From an uncultured Candidatus Peribacteria bacterium (GTDB lineage Bacteria; Patescibacteriota; Gracilibacteria; Peribacterales; Peribacteraceae), in the NCBI GenBank assembly GCA_964628805.1, contig CAZVOK010000001.1, positions 44,504 through 108,503 of the forward strand: a stretch of 64,000 nt of DNA, read 5' to 3'. A model generated the notes under the pieces. That model ran no database searches, was not told the DNA's origin, and saw nothing but the letters and a program-made list of their open reading frames with translations. The first letter of the stretch is position 1, and each line of letters opens with the position of its first letter. Below, piece after piece: positions 42,674-55,165 of this stretch. The position numbers and the translations under genes are program-made.

Positions 42674-42769
42674 GTAAGGTAGGTATGGTAGGTAAGGTAC
42701 GTACGGTAAGGACGAGATTTTTTCAAATCCCTACCTTACCTACCGTACTTACATTACCTACCTTACTTA
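42671..42769. repeat. GGTAAGG-word hairpin spanning exactly from the carA TAA to the TAA of the convergent gene
   Basis: The left arm taagtaaggtaggtatggtaggtaaggtacgtacggtaagg pairs with the right arm ccctaccttacctaccgtacttacattacctaccttactta. Confidence 0.8.
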
Positions 42770-43483
42770 AATGTATCCTTCCACATGCACATCCTCTTTC
42801 TGCAATCCCCATTTCTCTAACGCCAATTTCTTCACCTCCAGTGTCATCTGCGGATTGCCGCAGGCGTAAAGTTGCACGCCGGTGGCATCACGGATTAATT
42901 CTTCTAACACACTCTGCACACGACCCGTGTGTCCACTCCAGGAGCCAGAGGGTTGCGAGAGTGTGATGTGCAAAAAAAGTGCGGGGTGTTCTTTGGCAAG
43001 AGCTTCCAGTTCCTCTTTCCAGAATAGATCTTCCTCGGTACGCACGCCAAATACCAAATCTACTCGGCTGGGATTTTTTGCGTGAAGCAGCGACACAATG
43101 TGTGTGCGAAAGGGTGCTACTCCGGTACTGGTACCAGCGAAGATGTAGCGTGCCTCTACTGTGGGATCGATGATGAGTCGTCCAAACGGTCCCTGTACTC
43201 GCACCTCCGTTCCTACCTCCGCACGTTTTTCCACCCACTCACTTGCACGGCCGCCGGGGAGGAGACGGATGACGAACAAAAGGTCCGGTTCCTCTGCGGA
43301 AGAGGCGATGGAGAAAGCGCGAGTTTGGATGTCGGTGGGATTGTCTAGCAGTGGAATATCGAAGAGCAGATATTGCCCGGGTTTCCACGTGAGACCGTCC
43401 GGCTTGGAAAACCGCACTTCATACACATCCTTCGCGATGAGCTTTTTTTCCAGGCAGGTGAGGGTGTAGCTGGGGGTGGGCAT
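42767..43483 (-). CDS. Ferredoxin-NADP reductase-like FAD/NAD(P)-binding oxidoreductase
   Basis: FAD-binding RAFSIAS, NAD-binding GTSTGVAPF, and a C-terminal YACGNPQM. 238 aa, with no Fe-S Cys cluster. Confidence 0.75.
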   Translation of the reverse strand: MPTPSYTLTCLEKKLIAKDVYEVRFSKPDGLTWKPGQYLLFDIPLLDNPTDIQTRAFSIASSAEEPDLLFVIRLLPGGRASEWVEKRAEVGTEVRVQGPFGRLIIDPTVEARYIFAGTSTGVAPFRTHIVSLLHAKNPSRVDLVFGVRTEEDLFWKEELEALAKEHPALFLHITLSQPSGSWSGHTGRVQSVLEELIRDATGVQLYACGNPQMTLEVKKLALEKWGLQKEDVHVEGYI

Positions 43484-43493
43484 GAGAGGAAGA

Positions 43494-43502
43494 ATAATAG
43501 CA
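43494..43502 (-). promoter_or_regulatory. Extended -10 box TGcTATTAT (minus strand), 10 nt upstream of the ATG at 43483
   Basis: The reverse complement of 43484-43503 reads gTGcTATTATtcttcctctc followed by ATG. Confidence 0.45.
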
Positions 43503-43807
43503 CAATTATTTCACATCCCAGAGCGGGCGTTCCGCCCGCATTGCTTTGCGATTATTTCGCCTCCGAGAGCGCGTTTTCTACGCGCGGTCGTTATAGGAGA
43601 ATCACACGGGAGGAAGCACCCCGTGATACTTTCTTTTGTCTATCCGACCTCGTCCTTCATAGAAAGTAGATACGAACAAGGCTACGCCGGGCAGGAAACC
43701 CTACTTTTAAAGAGGCCGCGTGCCCACCGTAGCTCCAGAGAGCGAAGGTGGGTGGGTTTGCCTCATGGGCTGTTCCCTCCACGCCGGTAGTAGGATTTGG
43801 TTTTTTT
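43503..43807. repeat. Composite structured repeat of about 300 nt, copy 1 (copy 2 at 58261..58592)
   Basis: Blocks shared with copy 2: caattattt..agagcgggc.ttc.gcccgcattgctttg, tactttcttttg.ctatcc.acct.cg.ccttcat, aaggctacg, ccgtag..gcgaagg, gctgttccctc.acg, tttggttt. Confidence 0.75.
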
Positions 43808-43854
43808 ATTTACAAAATTTCCTAAAATTTCGAATTTGTTTCGGATTTCTTCGT

Positions 43855-44640
43855 TCAAATCAATCCCCGAAACAAATCCTCCTCCTTACTTATCCCCGGC
43901 ACCCACCCTTCCCACTCTTTTACAGTAATTCCATGATCACGGATGATCACTGCAGGCGTGCTCTGTGCGGCGTTTCCCATAAGGAAATTGGCGGCTGTTG
44001 CCAATTGATCGGCGAGGGCTTCGGTGGTGATGCGAAGTTCCTTCCCAAAGAGGTCTTTCCTGCCGACTTGGCTTTGGAGCGGCTGAAATCCGCTGACGGT
44101 CATGGCGAATGCAGAGACTCCCGTGCGTCTGGGTTGGCAGTGGGAATCGGTGATGATGATGCCGATGCGAGGGGCGTGAGCCCCCTGCTCTTTTGGAAAG
44201 GATTCTTCCAGCGCGAGGCGCAGTGACATGGCGGATGCTACGGGATCTTTCGGCCATCCGATGGCGAAGTTTTTCTGCACGTTCGATTCGTCGAGCCCGG
44301 CGTTTGCAATGAGGATGGATCCCCGTGTGAGCCCCGCAGGAGTGACTTCCGTGAGGAGGGCTCCCGGGCACGCATTGATGATGCGTCCGTTCATCTTCTT
44401 TACCTCCTGCACTACGGCCTCGCAGAATGACGGGTTGCGTCCGGTTTCCTTGCTCCACTTGTTCGCCTCTTCTGAAGGGGAAAGCGCAGAGAGGTCGATG
44501 AGCGATCCTGCTGTCATCGATACGACTTTGGAAGATACGACGACAATGTCTTCTTCTTGAATAGTGGCATTCTCACGAAGAACCTTACTCAAGGCATCGC
44601 CTTGTTGCAGTACTGGTGTGTGAATGGGAATCAAAAGCAT
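43855..44640 (-). CDS. CofE-like (F420-0:gamma-glutamyl ligase family) protein
   Basis: IVVVSSKVVSM, ANAGLDESN and IIITDSHCQPRRTG resemble the CofE/FbiB N-domain. The ATG at 44640 (MLLIPIHT) fits better than the ORF-track start at 44706. Confidence 0.7.
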   Translation of the reverse strand: MLLIPIHTPVLQQGDALSKVLRENATIQEEDIVVVSSKVVSMTAGSLIDLSALSPSEEANKWSKETGRNPSFCEAVVQEVKKMNGRIINACPGALLTEVTPAGLTRGSILIANAGLDESNVQKNFAIGWPKDPVASAMSLRLALEESFPKEQGAHAPRIGIIITDSHCQPRRTGVSAFAMTVSGFQPLQSQVGRKDLFGKELRITTEALADQLATAANFLMGNAAQSTPAVIIRDHGITVKEWEGWVPGISKEEDLFRGLI

Positions 44641-44678
44641 GTGTGTCCCTTGGAAGGATAAGCATTGTATACCATTTG

Positions 44679-44767
44679 GAGACTTGAGACATGAGATCTG
44701 AGACATGAGAAATGAGCAGACTTCCTAATACATTCTCAAATCTCAAGTCTCAGGTCTCACATCTCAT
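44679..44767. repeat. GAGAC-word hairpin
   Basis: The left arm ggagacttgagacatgagatctgagacatgagaaatgag pairs with the right arm ttctcaaatctcaagtctcaggtctcacatctcat. Confidence 0.8.
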
Positions 44768-44854
44768 ATTGCTTTGACACTCGCTTCCCATCATGTCTCC
44801 CTCGCACTTCTGAATTTGGAGAGCGCTGCATCACAGTCTAGACTACCCGCCGAT

Positions 44855-47800
44855 ATGTCCTTCCCGCCCGCTTTTCGTAGAGTCGCGATCGGCCTTCTTC
44901 TGACGGTGGCGTTGGGTGTGGTGCTCATTCAGGGAAGTTCGTACTTCGGGCAGAACACAAATTTTTTGGGCCAGACCACGCCCGTGTATGAAGTCTGCGC
45001 TACCGCTACAGGTCCGGTGGCCGATTTATTGGCTGCATCGGCACAAAAATGTTGTTGGGACGAAACCACTCAAAGCCGCACCTTGCGCTGTAAGGAAGGG
45101 TGTCCGGCTGGTACGGTCCAATGTCCCGCGCTCACCACAGGTGCTTTAAATACGGCTTGCTGTGCTGAGGGTCAGGGATGCGGGAACGATGGCGGGGCAA
45201 ACTACTTCTGTACCGGCGATCCCACACCTCCTCCGCCTCCACCCTCCAGTGGCAGCAGTTCCTCGTGCGCCGAGGAAGGAGGAGGCTGCAGCATGACCTC
45301 CGGCGCCAATGGCGGATGTTGTGGAGGGCTTTCGTGCAGCAACGAAGGACCCGAGGATGGAAGCGGACCTTGCAGTCAGCCCGGAGGGTGTCCGGAAGGC
45401 ACAAGCTGTTCGGATTTCTTCGATCCGCCAACATGTTTTCCTTCCGGCGGAGGAGGAGCACCCATTGATGGTCACTGTAGTGCCCTTGGAGGCGGTGGAG
45501 GTGGCGGCGGAGATCCTGGTGGTCCTGCGCCCGCACCCAGCACCAGCCCTTCCCCAAGCCCTTCTCCAGGATTCCCCCCCTCTCCCATCGGCTCCAATCC
45601 TCCCTCACCTCCCAGTTTCCCTGCGCCCTCTACCTCCCCCATCTCCCCCAAGACTCCTCCTTCTCCTTCTCCCACCCCCTCTCCGGGTGGCCCCTCTCCG
45701 TCCCCAAGCACCTCTCCCTCCCCAAGCCCCAGCCCTACCCTCACTCCTCCGCCTCCCACACCTTCCTCCTCGTCGGCAGGGAGCATGCAGAGTGTGGGCA
45801 GTGCGTGTCAGACCACTCCTCCCACCTGTCCGCCCACTGCTCCTGCAGGATGCTCCTGGGGAATTCATATTGCAGGAGATGGCTGTCTCGTGTGTCAGAT
45901 GACCTGCAACCCTCCGGGCAGCAGTGCCGGGGGCGGAAGTTCCGTGAGCTCCCGTTCATCCACGGGGGTCTCCCGTTCGTCCTCATCCGCCTCTTCTCTT
46001 GGTGGAGGCGGTGGTGGAGGTGGTGGACCGACGACTGTTCCTCCTGCAGGTCCTACCCCCAACCCTCCCAGCGGATCTGCCTCTTCGGGAAGCTCCTCGT
46101 CCGACCGTATCGTCATCTCTCCGCTCCCAGGCAGCAGTGCATCATCACAGGGAGCGCGGTGTTTGGGTGTCGAGTGCGCCATCTTCGGCTGTCCCTTTGG
46201 TCAAACATGTCAGCAGGGTGCTCCTGGGGATTACCCGCAGTGCATGCGGTGCATTGATCCTACAAATCCCGGAAGCAGCTCCAGCAGTGTTGGCACCACC
46301 ACGGATCCTGGCTCTTCTTCCAGTGCCGGCTCCACCTCCTCCACCCTCCGCTGCACGGAAAACGCCTGCAGAGATGCCGGAGGCTGTCCGCTCTACTTCA
46401 ACTGCCGCGTGCTTCTCAATGGCACTCCGCCCAATTGCCACGTGTGTGAGCCTGTGGGTGCAAGCTCTGCGTCCGGTCCGGGTGGGTCTTCGGGGTCCAC
46501 CGGATCTTCTGGCTCCAATGGATCATCCGGATCAAGTGGTTCCACTGGATCTACAAGGTCGCAGGGATCTTCTGCCATCAGCGGATCGTCGCGTTCCTCG
46601 GTATCTTCTCGCGCTTCTTCCACCGGTCTCCCCACGGGTCAAACACTCTGCGGAGATGGCATCCGCCAAGCCGGAGAATCGTGCGATCTAGGATCCGTCT
46701 GTACCGGTAGCCCTGCTTCCTGCAATCGAATCCCAGGAACATTCGGCCTCACGTGCTTGTGTGATCCTCGCAACACTGCCACGTGTACCCCTCCTCCAGA
46801 CATGCTCTGGAATCAGGGATGTATGAACCCGCGTTGTGGGGACTCCGTTGTGAACAACATGATTACCTACAGAGGCCAGCAAGTGAACGGACAACTCATC
46901 CGTGAAGAGTGCGACGATGGGAACACGCGTGATGGCGATGGCTGCTCATCAGTCTGCGTCCGGGAATCCATCGGCGGTCCGCGCTGCGGCAACGGAAGGC
47001 TCGACTCTGGCGAACAGTGCGATGACGGGAATCAGCTGAATACGGATCTCTGCACCAATCAGTGCAGGCTGTCCGAGAGAGTAGCCACTGGCCCCACGCC
47101 TACGCCTGCTAGCACCCAGAGTGTGCTTCGCTGTGGTGATGGGGTAGTGACCGCTGGAGAAATGTGCGACAAGGGATCTGCCTGCACTTCTGATCCGGCG
47201 TCTTGCAATAGGCCCGTAGGCACACGCGGAGGAACCTGCACCTGCAATCCCGGGGATCCATCCTGCCCGCTTCTCCCGGGGATCAGCTGGACCAAAGGCT
47301 GCACGCAGGCGAAGTGCGGAGACTCTATTGTCAATAACTGGGCGACGTTTGCAGGAAAGGCTGTGAACTACGAAGGGCTCTCTGAAACCTGCGACAAAGG
47401 AGACTTAAACGGCAAGCCCGGAAGCGGCTGTTCGCAGACGTGCTCACTGGAAAACGCGGCTCTGTGCGGAAACAGCAAGATCGACCCCGGTGAAACCTGC
47501 GACCGCGGCGCTCAGAACGGCAAGCCGGGAGTGGCGTGCACGTTGTCCTGCCAGTCACTCAATCTCGCGCTCTGCGGAAATCAAATTCTGGATTCCGGAG
47601 AAGAGTGTGATGGCACCGAAGGATGCAGTGCCACCTGCCAGAGGGAGGGCTCTTCTCCTCTGTGTGGAAACGAACAAATAGACCCCGGTGAAGAGTGTGA
47701 CTCCACGCAGAATTGTTCCAGTAGTTGTCTGCGTACAGAAGGTGTGTGCGGCGATGGAGTGGTACAGAAACTTTTGGGCGAGCAGTGCGAACCGTCTACA

Positions 47801-48229
47801 CACGATCCCTCGCTCGTCTACGGCTGCGGACAGGATTGCCGGCACCAGAGTGAGTTCTGCGGAAACAGTGTGCTCGACATCGGCGAACAGTGTGACGATG
47901 GAGCACTGAATAATGATTCTCTCCCGGACCGCTGCAGAACCAATTGCTCCTTCTCCCGCTGCGGCGATGCCATTTTGGATTCCGCAGAGCAGTGCGATGA
48001 CGGCAATCATCGCGCAGGTGATGGATGTGACTTGTACTGCCGCAGAGAGAGCGGATCTCCATCGGACTCTTTGGCTCAGACCATCGACTTCCCGGTTCTC
48101 ACCGGAGACCTCACGCCTATCGCGACGTCTCATCCTCCTGCTGGGCAGACAGGCCCTGCTGCCCTGGCGGTAATGGCGGCGGGGGCCGCGGCGGGGTGGG
48201 CGTGGGTGCGACGGAAAAGGAATAAATGA
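44855..48229 (+). CDS. Large cysteine-rich-repeat surface protein (Myxococcus-type Cys-rich repeats), N-terminal TM/signal segment, Pro/Ser/Gly low-complexity region, C-terminal TM anchor
   Basis: At least 8 repeats of the form CG(D/N)G..D.GE.CD.G......C...C. PSPSPSP and poly-Gly tracts are present. The C-terminus reads PPAGQTGPAALAVMAAGAAAGWAWVRRKRNK. The ORF track starts at a TTG (44774); the ATG at 44855 precedes the TM segment. Confidence 0.8.
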   Translation: MSFPPAFRRVAIGLLLTVALGVVLIQGSSYFGQNTNFLGQTTPVYEVCATATGPVADLLAASAQKCCWDETTQSRTLRCKEGCPAGTVQCPALTTGALNTACCAEGQGCGNDGGANYFCTGDPTPPPPPPSSGSSSSCAEEGGGCSMTSGANGGCCGGLSCSNEGPEDGSGPCSQPGGCPEGTSCSDFFDPPTCFPSGGGGAPIDGHCSALGGGGGGGGDPGGPAPAPSTSPSPSPSPGFPPSPIGSNPPSPPSFPAPSTSPISPKTPPSPSPTPSPGGPSPSPSTSPSPSPSPTLTPPPPTPSSSSAGSMQSVGSACQTTPPTCPPTAPAGCSWGIHIAGDGCLVCQMTCNPPGSSAGGGSSVSSRSSTGVSRSSSSASSLGGGGGGGGGPTTVPPAGPTPNPPSGSASSGSSSSDRIVISPLPGSSASSQGARCLGVECAIFGCPFGQTCQQGAPGDYPQCMRCIDPTNPGSSSSSVGTTTDPGSSSSAGSTSSTLRCTENACRDAGGCPLYFNCRVLLNGTPPNCHVCEPVGASSASGPGGSSGSTGSSGSNGSSGSSGSTGSTRSQGSSAISGSSRSSVSSRASSTGLPTGQTLCGDGIRQAGESCDLGSVCTGSPASCNRIPGTFGLTCLCDPRNTATCTPPPDMLWNQGCMNPRCGDSVVNNMITYRGQQVNGQLIREECDDGNTRDGDGCSSVCVRESIGGPRCGNGRLDSGEQCDDGNQLNTDLCTNQCRLSERVATGPTPTPASTQSVLRCGDGVVTAGEMCDKGSACTSDPASCNRPVGTRGGTCTCNPGDPSCPLLPGISWTKGCTQAKCGDSIVNNWATFAGKAVNYEGLSETCDKGDLNGKPGSGCSQTCSLENAALCGNSKIDPGETCDRGAQNGKPGVACTLSCQSLNLALCGNQILDSGEECDGTEGCSATCQREGSSPLCGNEQIDPGEECDSTQNCSSSCLRTEGVCGDGVVQKLLGEQCEPSTHDPSLVYGCGQDCRHQSEFCGNSVLDIGEQCDDGALNNDSLPDRCRTNCSFSRCGDAILDSAEQCDDGNHRAGDGCDLYCRRESGSPSDSLAQTIDFPVLTGDLTPIATSHPPAGQTGPAALAVMAAGAAAGWAWVRRKRNK

Positions 48230-48258
48230 TGACACTCCTGTAATTCTGCATCTGAAGA

Positions 48259-48358
48259 AAGTGACAAGTTCGAAGTGCGAAGTTCCAAGTGTGGAGTTTC
48301 TTTTTTTATAAAAAAAATTCCTTTGTTGGAACTTAGAACTTTGCACTTGGAACTTCAG
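48259..48358. repeat. Palindromic word-repeat element, second copy of 2300..2370
   Basis: The left arm aagtgacaagttcgaagtgcgaagttccaagtg pairs with the right arm ttggaacttagaactttgcacttggaacttcag. The loop is tttttttataaaaaaaa. Confidence 0.8.
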
Positions 48359-48368
48359 CTCGTGCAGA

Positions 48369-48881
48369 TCACCACACCACCATCGTCGACCCCGACAATA
48401 AACGCACATCTGTATCAATTTTTTGTTCAATCATATCAATGTGCTTCACGATTATCTGTAATGGAAACGGAGACCTATGACGAATAGACACATGCTCAGG
48501 CGTTTCTGGCATCCAGAAGGACACCGTCATTCCCTGCGGAAACCGCCAGGCAGACATGGCACCGGAGGCAGTCCGTGACTGCACCTCCGATAGTTCTCCG
48601 TTTCGCACCTCCTTTAATGTCCACGTAGCAGGGAGCGACATCCACACAGGAGCACTGCCCCCTGCAGTCAGTTGCACCATCCCCGAAGCCGTCCCTCTGG
48701 AAATGGCGATTTCCAGAGATGCAGAAGAAGAGGTGACTGTTTCCAGTGTCTGTATTTCTGCCGTAGCGTCCGGTGCATCATTGGCTGTCACTACATACAA
48801 CGCTGCTCCCACAGCCAAAAGTGTGAGGAGCGATGTGAAGCCATGCCGAGTGGCCGGTGAACGGTTACGGGATTCGGGCAT
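48369..48881 (-). CDS. Hypothetical membrane-anchored protein
   Basis: 170-aa ORF with one N-terminal TM segment (FTSLLTLLAVGAALYVV). No motif. Confidence 0.5.
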   Translation of the reverse strand: MPESRNRSPATRHGFTSLLTLLAVGAALYVVTANDAPDATAEIQTLETVTSSSASLEIAISRGTASGMVQLTAGGSAPVWMSLPATWTLKEVRNGELSEVQSRTASGAMSAWRFPQGMTVSFWMPETPEHVSIRHRSPFPLQIIVKHIDMIEQKIDTDVRLLSGSTMVVW

Positions 48882-48910
48882 GAGAGGGGAATGGTAGCGG
48901 AGGAAGCAGG

Positions 48911-49025
48911 TGGAAGGTAGTTGAGTGGGTGGTTAAAGTATGGAAGGTAAGGAGGGTACGGAATGTAAGGATTGTGCATTGGAAAAACCTTCCTTACCTT
49001 CATTACGTTCCATACCTTCCGTACA
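48911..49025. repeat. GGTAAGG-word hairpin (imperfect)
   Basis: gtatggaaggtaaggagggtacggaatgtaagg faces ccttccttaccttcattacgttccataccttccgtac. Confidence 0.65.
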
Positions 49026-49153
49026 TCCATCTCTTTTCCCCTATTTGCACGAACAAAAAGACACCCCACACTTCCACCACTTTTTCCTTGCATCACCCAC
49101 GGTACTGGTAGAATAGAGGGCAACCCGACTTGGGATTTTTCCTCCCTCTTTCC

Positions 49154-49552
49154 ATGGATTTTGATCCGCACACGCTCCAGCAAATTATCCAGCGTATTTA
49201 CCAGCAGATGCGTTGCCCACAGTGCGGCAAGCGCGTGCCGGTAGACTTCACATCCGTACGAATGGCAGCGGATGATTTCATGCTGCTGCAGCTCAAGTGC
49301 GAGACGTGCGATGCGTACATCGTGCTCCATGCGTCACTGCAGGGAACGGAGAACATGAACGCAGGTGCCAAAGAAGGAAGTATGGTCAATGAGTCATCTA
49401 CTCTCAGTATGAAGGAAGAAGAAGTTGCCATGCTCCGCGACGCCCTCTCCGCATCCGGCGGTTCCTTCCAGGAGCTCTTCCAAAAGTTCGGCAAAGCAGA
49501 AGATGCGACCGATACGCACCTGGAATCCAGTAACGACACGGCGATCGTTTAA
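49154..49552 (+). CDS. Hypothetical zinc-ribbon protein
   Basis: CPQCGK...CETCDA (a CxxC...CxxC pair) near the N-terminus. 132 aa from the ATG at 49154. Confidence 0.5.
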   Translation: MDFDPHTLQQIIQRIYQQMRCPQCGKRVPVDFTSVRMAADDFMLLQLKCETCDAYIVLHASLQGTENMNAGAKEGSMVNESSTLSMKEEEVAMLRDALSASGGSFQELFQKFGKAEDATDTHLESSNDTAIV

Positions 49553-49558
49553 AGCGCT

Positions 49559-49840
49559 ATGAAGATTGCTCGATTGCTTCCGGTTTTTCTATGTCTATCA
49601 CTTTTTGGCTGCAGTGAGCCAAATACTAATCAAGCAGGGAATTCACTTGGAACGTTGAAACAGACAACCGGCAGTGCTGCTACAACGTTGCGAGATACTT
49701 TGGAGATGACGAAGAGGGGGATTGATGATGCCAAGAAAACTGCGGAAGAAGTAAAAAAACGAGCGGAGCAGGTAAGTGATGGGGTGAAGAAAGTGGGGGA
49801 GGGGATTTCGAAGGTTAAAAATGGATTGAATGGAGAGTGA
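49559..49840 (+). CDS. Putative lipoprotein
   Basis: Signal peptide with a lipobox, MKIARLLPVFLCLSLFGCS. 93 aa. Confidence 0.6.
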   Translation: MKIARLLPVFLCLSLFGCSEPNTNQAGNSLGTLKQTTGSAATTLRDTLEMTKRGIDDAKKTAEEVKKRAEQVSDGVKKVGEGISKVKNGLNGE

Positions 49841-49860
49841 ATATTTGGTGTGTCTATTAG

Positions 49861-49961
49861 GTCTGGTATGTAAGGTAGGTAAGGTAAGGAACTTATACAT
49901 TTTTAATGTCTTTTAATTGCCCTACCATACGTACCTTACTTACCGTACCTACCTTACCTAA
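49861..49961. repeat. GGTAAGG-word hairpin
   Basis: The left arm gtctggtatgtaaggtaggtaaggtaagg pairs with the right arm cctaccatacgtaccttacttaccgtacctaccttaccta. Confidence 0.75.
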
Positions 49962-49982
49962 CCAAAAAACCACAAATTAATC

Positions 49983-50010
49983 TTGCACTACCTCATTTAT
50001 TCCTTATACT
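49983..50010 (+). promoter_or_regulatory. Sigma70-like promoter, TTGCAC-16 nt-TATACT, upstream of rpoC
   Basis: Read directly, 90 nt upstream of the rpoC ATG. Confidence 0.4.
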
Positions 50011-50099
50011 TCAGCCACATCCCCGACGTTTCTTCCTCTTGGTTAGACTACAAGAGCAAGCAGCGGCGGAATTTCATGCGTTTTTTCTCCCCTTAATTT

Positions 50100-53966
<3,867 letters not shown>

Positions 53967-53969
<3 letters not shown>

Positions 53970-54045
53970 ACTTGAGATAGGAGACCTGAGACTTGAGTAG
54001 TCTCTGTCTCCTCTCTAGTCTTAAATCTCGAGTCTCACGTCTCAA
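53967..54045. repeat. GAGAC-word hairpin beginning with the rpoC TAG stop codon; homologous to 54518..54596
   Basis: tagacttgagataggagacctgagacttgag faces tctctgtctcctctctagtcttaaatctcgagtctcacgtctcaa. Confidence 0.8.
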
Positions 54046-54097
54046 ACACCCCCTGAACCCTTTACTTCCAGCCAAATTCCTCTACTATCACAGCCCC

Positions 54098-54520
54098 ATG
54101 CCAACTATCAACCAGCTCATCCGCAGTCGTCGCCGAGACAAGCGCAAGAAGTCTAAGGCTCCAGCGCTTCAAATGGCTTGGAACTCGCTCCACATGCGCG
54201 ATGTTCCGCTCCCGAAGGGTTCCCCCTTCAAGCGCGGCGTATGCATCAAAGTAACCACCATGACGCCTAAAAAGCCAAACTCCGCCTTGCGTAAGATCGC
54301 CCGCGTGCGTCTGACCAACGGTCACGAAGTGAAGGCCTACATCATGGGAGAAGGTCACAATCTGCAGGAACACAGCGTAGTGATGGTCCGCGGAGGTCGC
54401 GTGAAAGACCTTCCAGGAGTGCGTTACCACATTGTGCGCGGAGTGCTGGATACCGAGGGTGTCCGCGACCGCAAGCAAGGCCGCAGCCGTTACGGTGCCA
54501 AGCGTCCTAAAGCGAAATAG
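54098..54520 (+). CDS. rpsL: 30S ribosomal protein S12
   Basis: MPTINQLIR...[22 protein letters not shown]...[18 protein letters not shown]. The ORF-track start at 53993 lies in the repeat. Confidence 0.95.
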   Translation: MPTINQLIRSRRRDKRKKSKAPALQMAWNSLHMRDVPLPKGSPFKRGVCIKVTTMTPKKPNSALRKIARVRLTNGHEVKAYIMGEGHNLQEHSVVMVRGGRVKDLPGVRYHIVRGVLDTEGVRDRKQGRSRYGAKRPKAK

Positions 54521-54596
54521 ACTTGAGACCTGAGACCCGAGTAGTCTCTGTCTCTCCTCTAAAACTCAAGTCTCTAGTCTCAAATCTCTAGTCTCC
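54518..54596. repeat. GAGAC-word hairpin beginning with the rpsL TAG stop codon
   Basis: tagacttgagacctgagacccgagtag faces tctctgtctctcctctaaaactcaagtctctagtctcaaatctctagtctcc. Confidence 0.8.
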
Positions 54597-54629
54597 TACT
54601 CTCTCCACTTCCAGTCCCATCCCCGTCAT

Positions 54630-55082
54630 ATGTCCAAGCCTATCAAAGCCTACATCCCCGAAGGTTCCGATCCTCTCACGGAGAAGTTCATCAACTGCCT
54701 CATGATGCAGGGCAAGAAGTCCATTGCGCGCCGCATTTTTGCAGATAGCTTGGAAATCATTAAAACTCGAACCAAAGATGCTCCTATGGAAGTGTTCCAG
54801 AAGGCTCTCCTGAACGTGACTCCTTTGGTAGAAGTCCGCCCAAAGCGCGTGGCAGGTTCCGTGTACCAGGTTCCTGTGGAAGTAACCCCCAAGCGTCAGC
54901 AGGCACTCAGCATCCGCTGGATCCTCACCGCAGCACGCGACCGCAAGGGTATTCCTATGGCTCACAAGCTCGCTTTGGAATTGCTCGATGCATCCGCTGA
55001 CCAGGGAAATGCCGTAAAGAAGAAGCAGGATGTGCTGAAGATGGCTCAGGCCAATAAGGCCTTTGCTCACTTGGCGAAATAA
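54630..55082 (+). CDS. rpsG: 30S ribosomal protein S7
   Basis: KFINCLMMQGKKSIARRIF...VEVRPKRVAGSVYQVPVEV...ALSIRW. 150 aa. Confidence 0.95.
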   Translation: MSKPIKAYIPEGSDPLTEKFINCLMMQGKKSIARRIFADSLEIIKTRTKDAPMEVFQKALLNVTPLVEVRPKRVAGSVYQVPVEVTPKRQQALSIRWILTAARDRKGIPMAHKLALELLDASADQGNAVKKKQDVLKMAQANKAFAHLAK

Positions 55083-55165
55083 GAATTAGGGGATTTGAAT
55101 GATGAATTATGGGTCGGAATAAATTACTTCCATTCCCTTACTTCATGATTCATACTTCTTTTCCT

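Noticed and set aside
48130-48229. Canonical LPXTG sortase signal at the C-terminus of the Cys-rich repeat protein
   Set aside because: The motif present is PPAGQTG, not LPXTG. Only the tripartite layout (motif, hydrophobic helix, basic tail) is sortase-like, so I report it only as a possibility within the finding.
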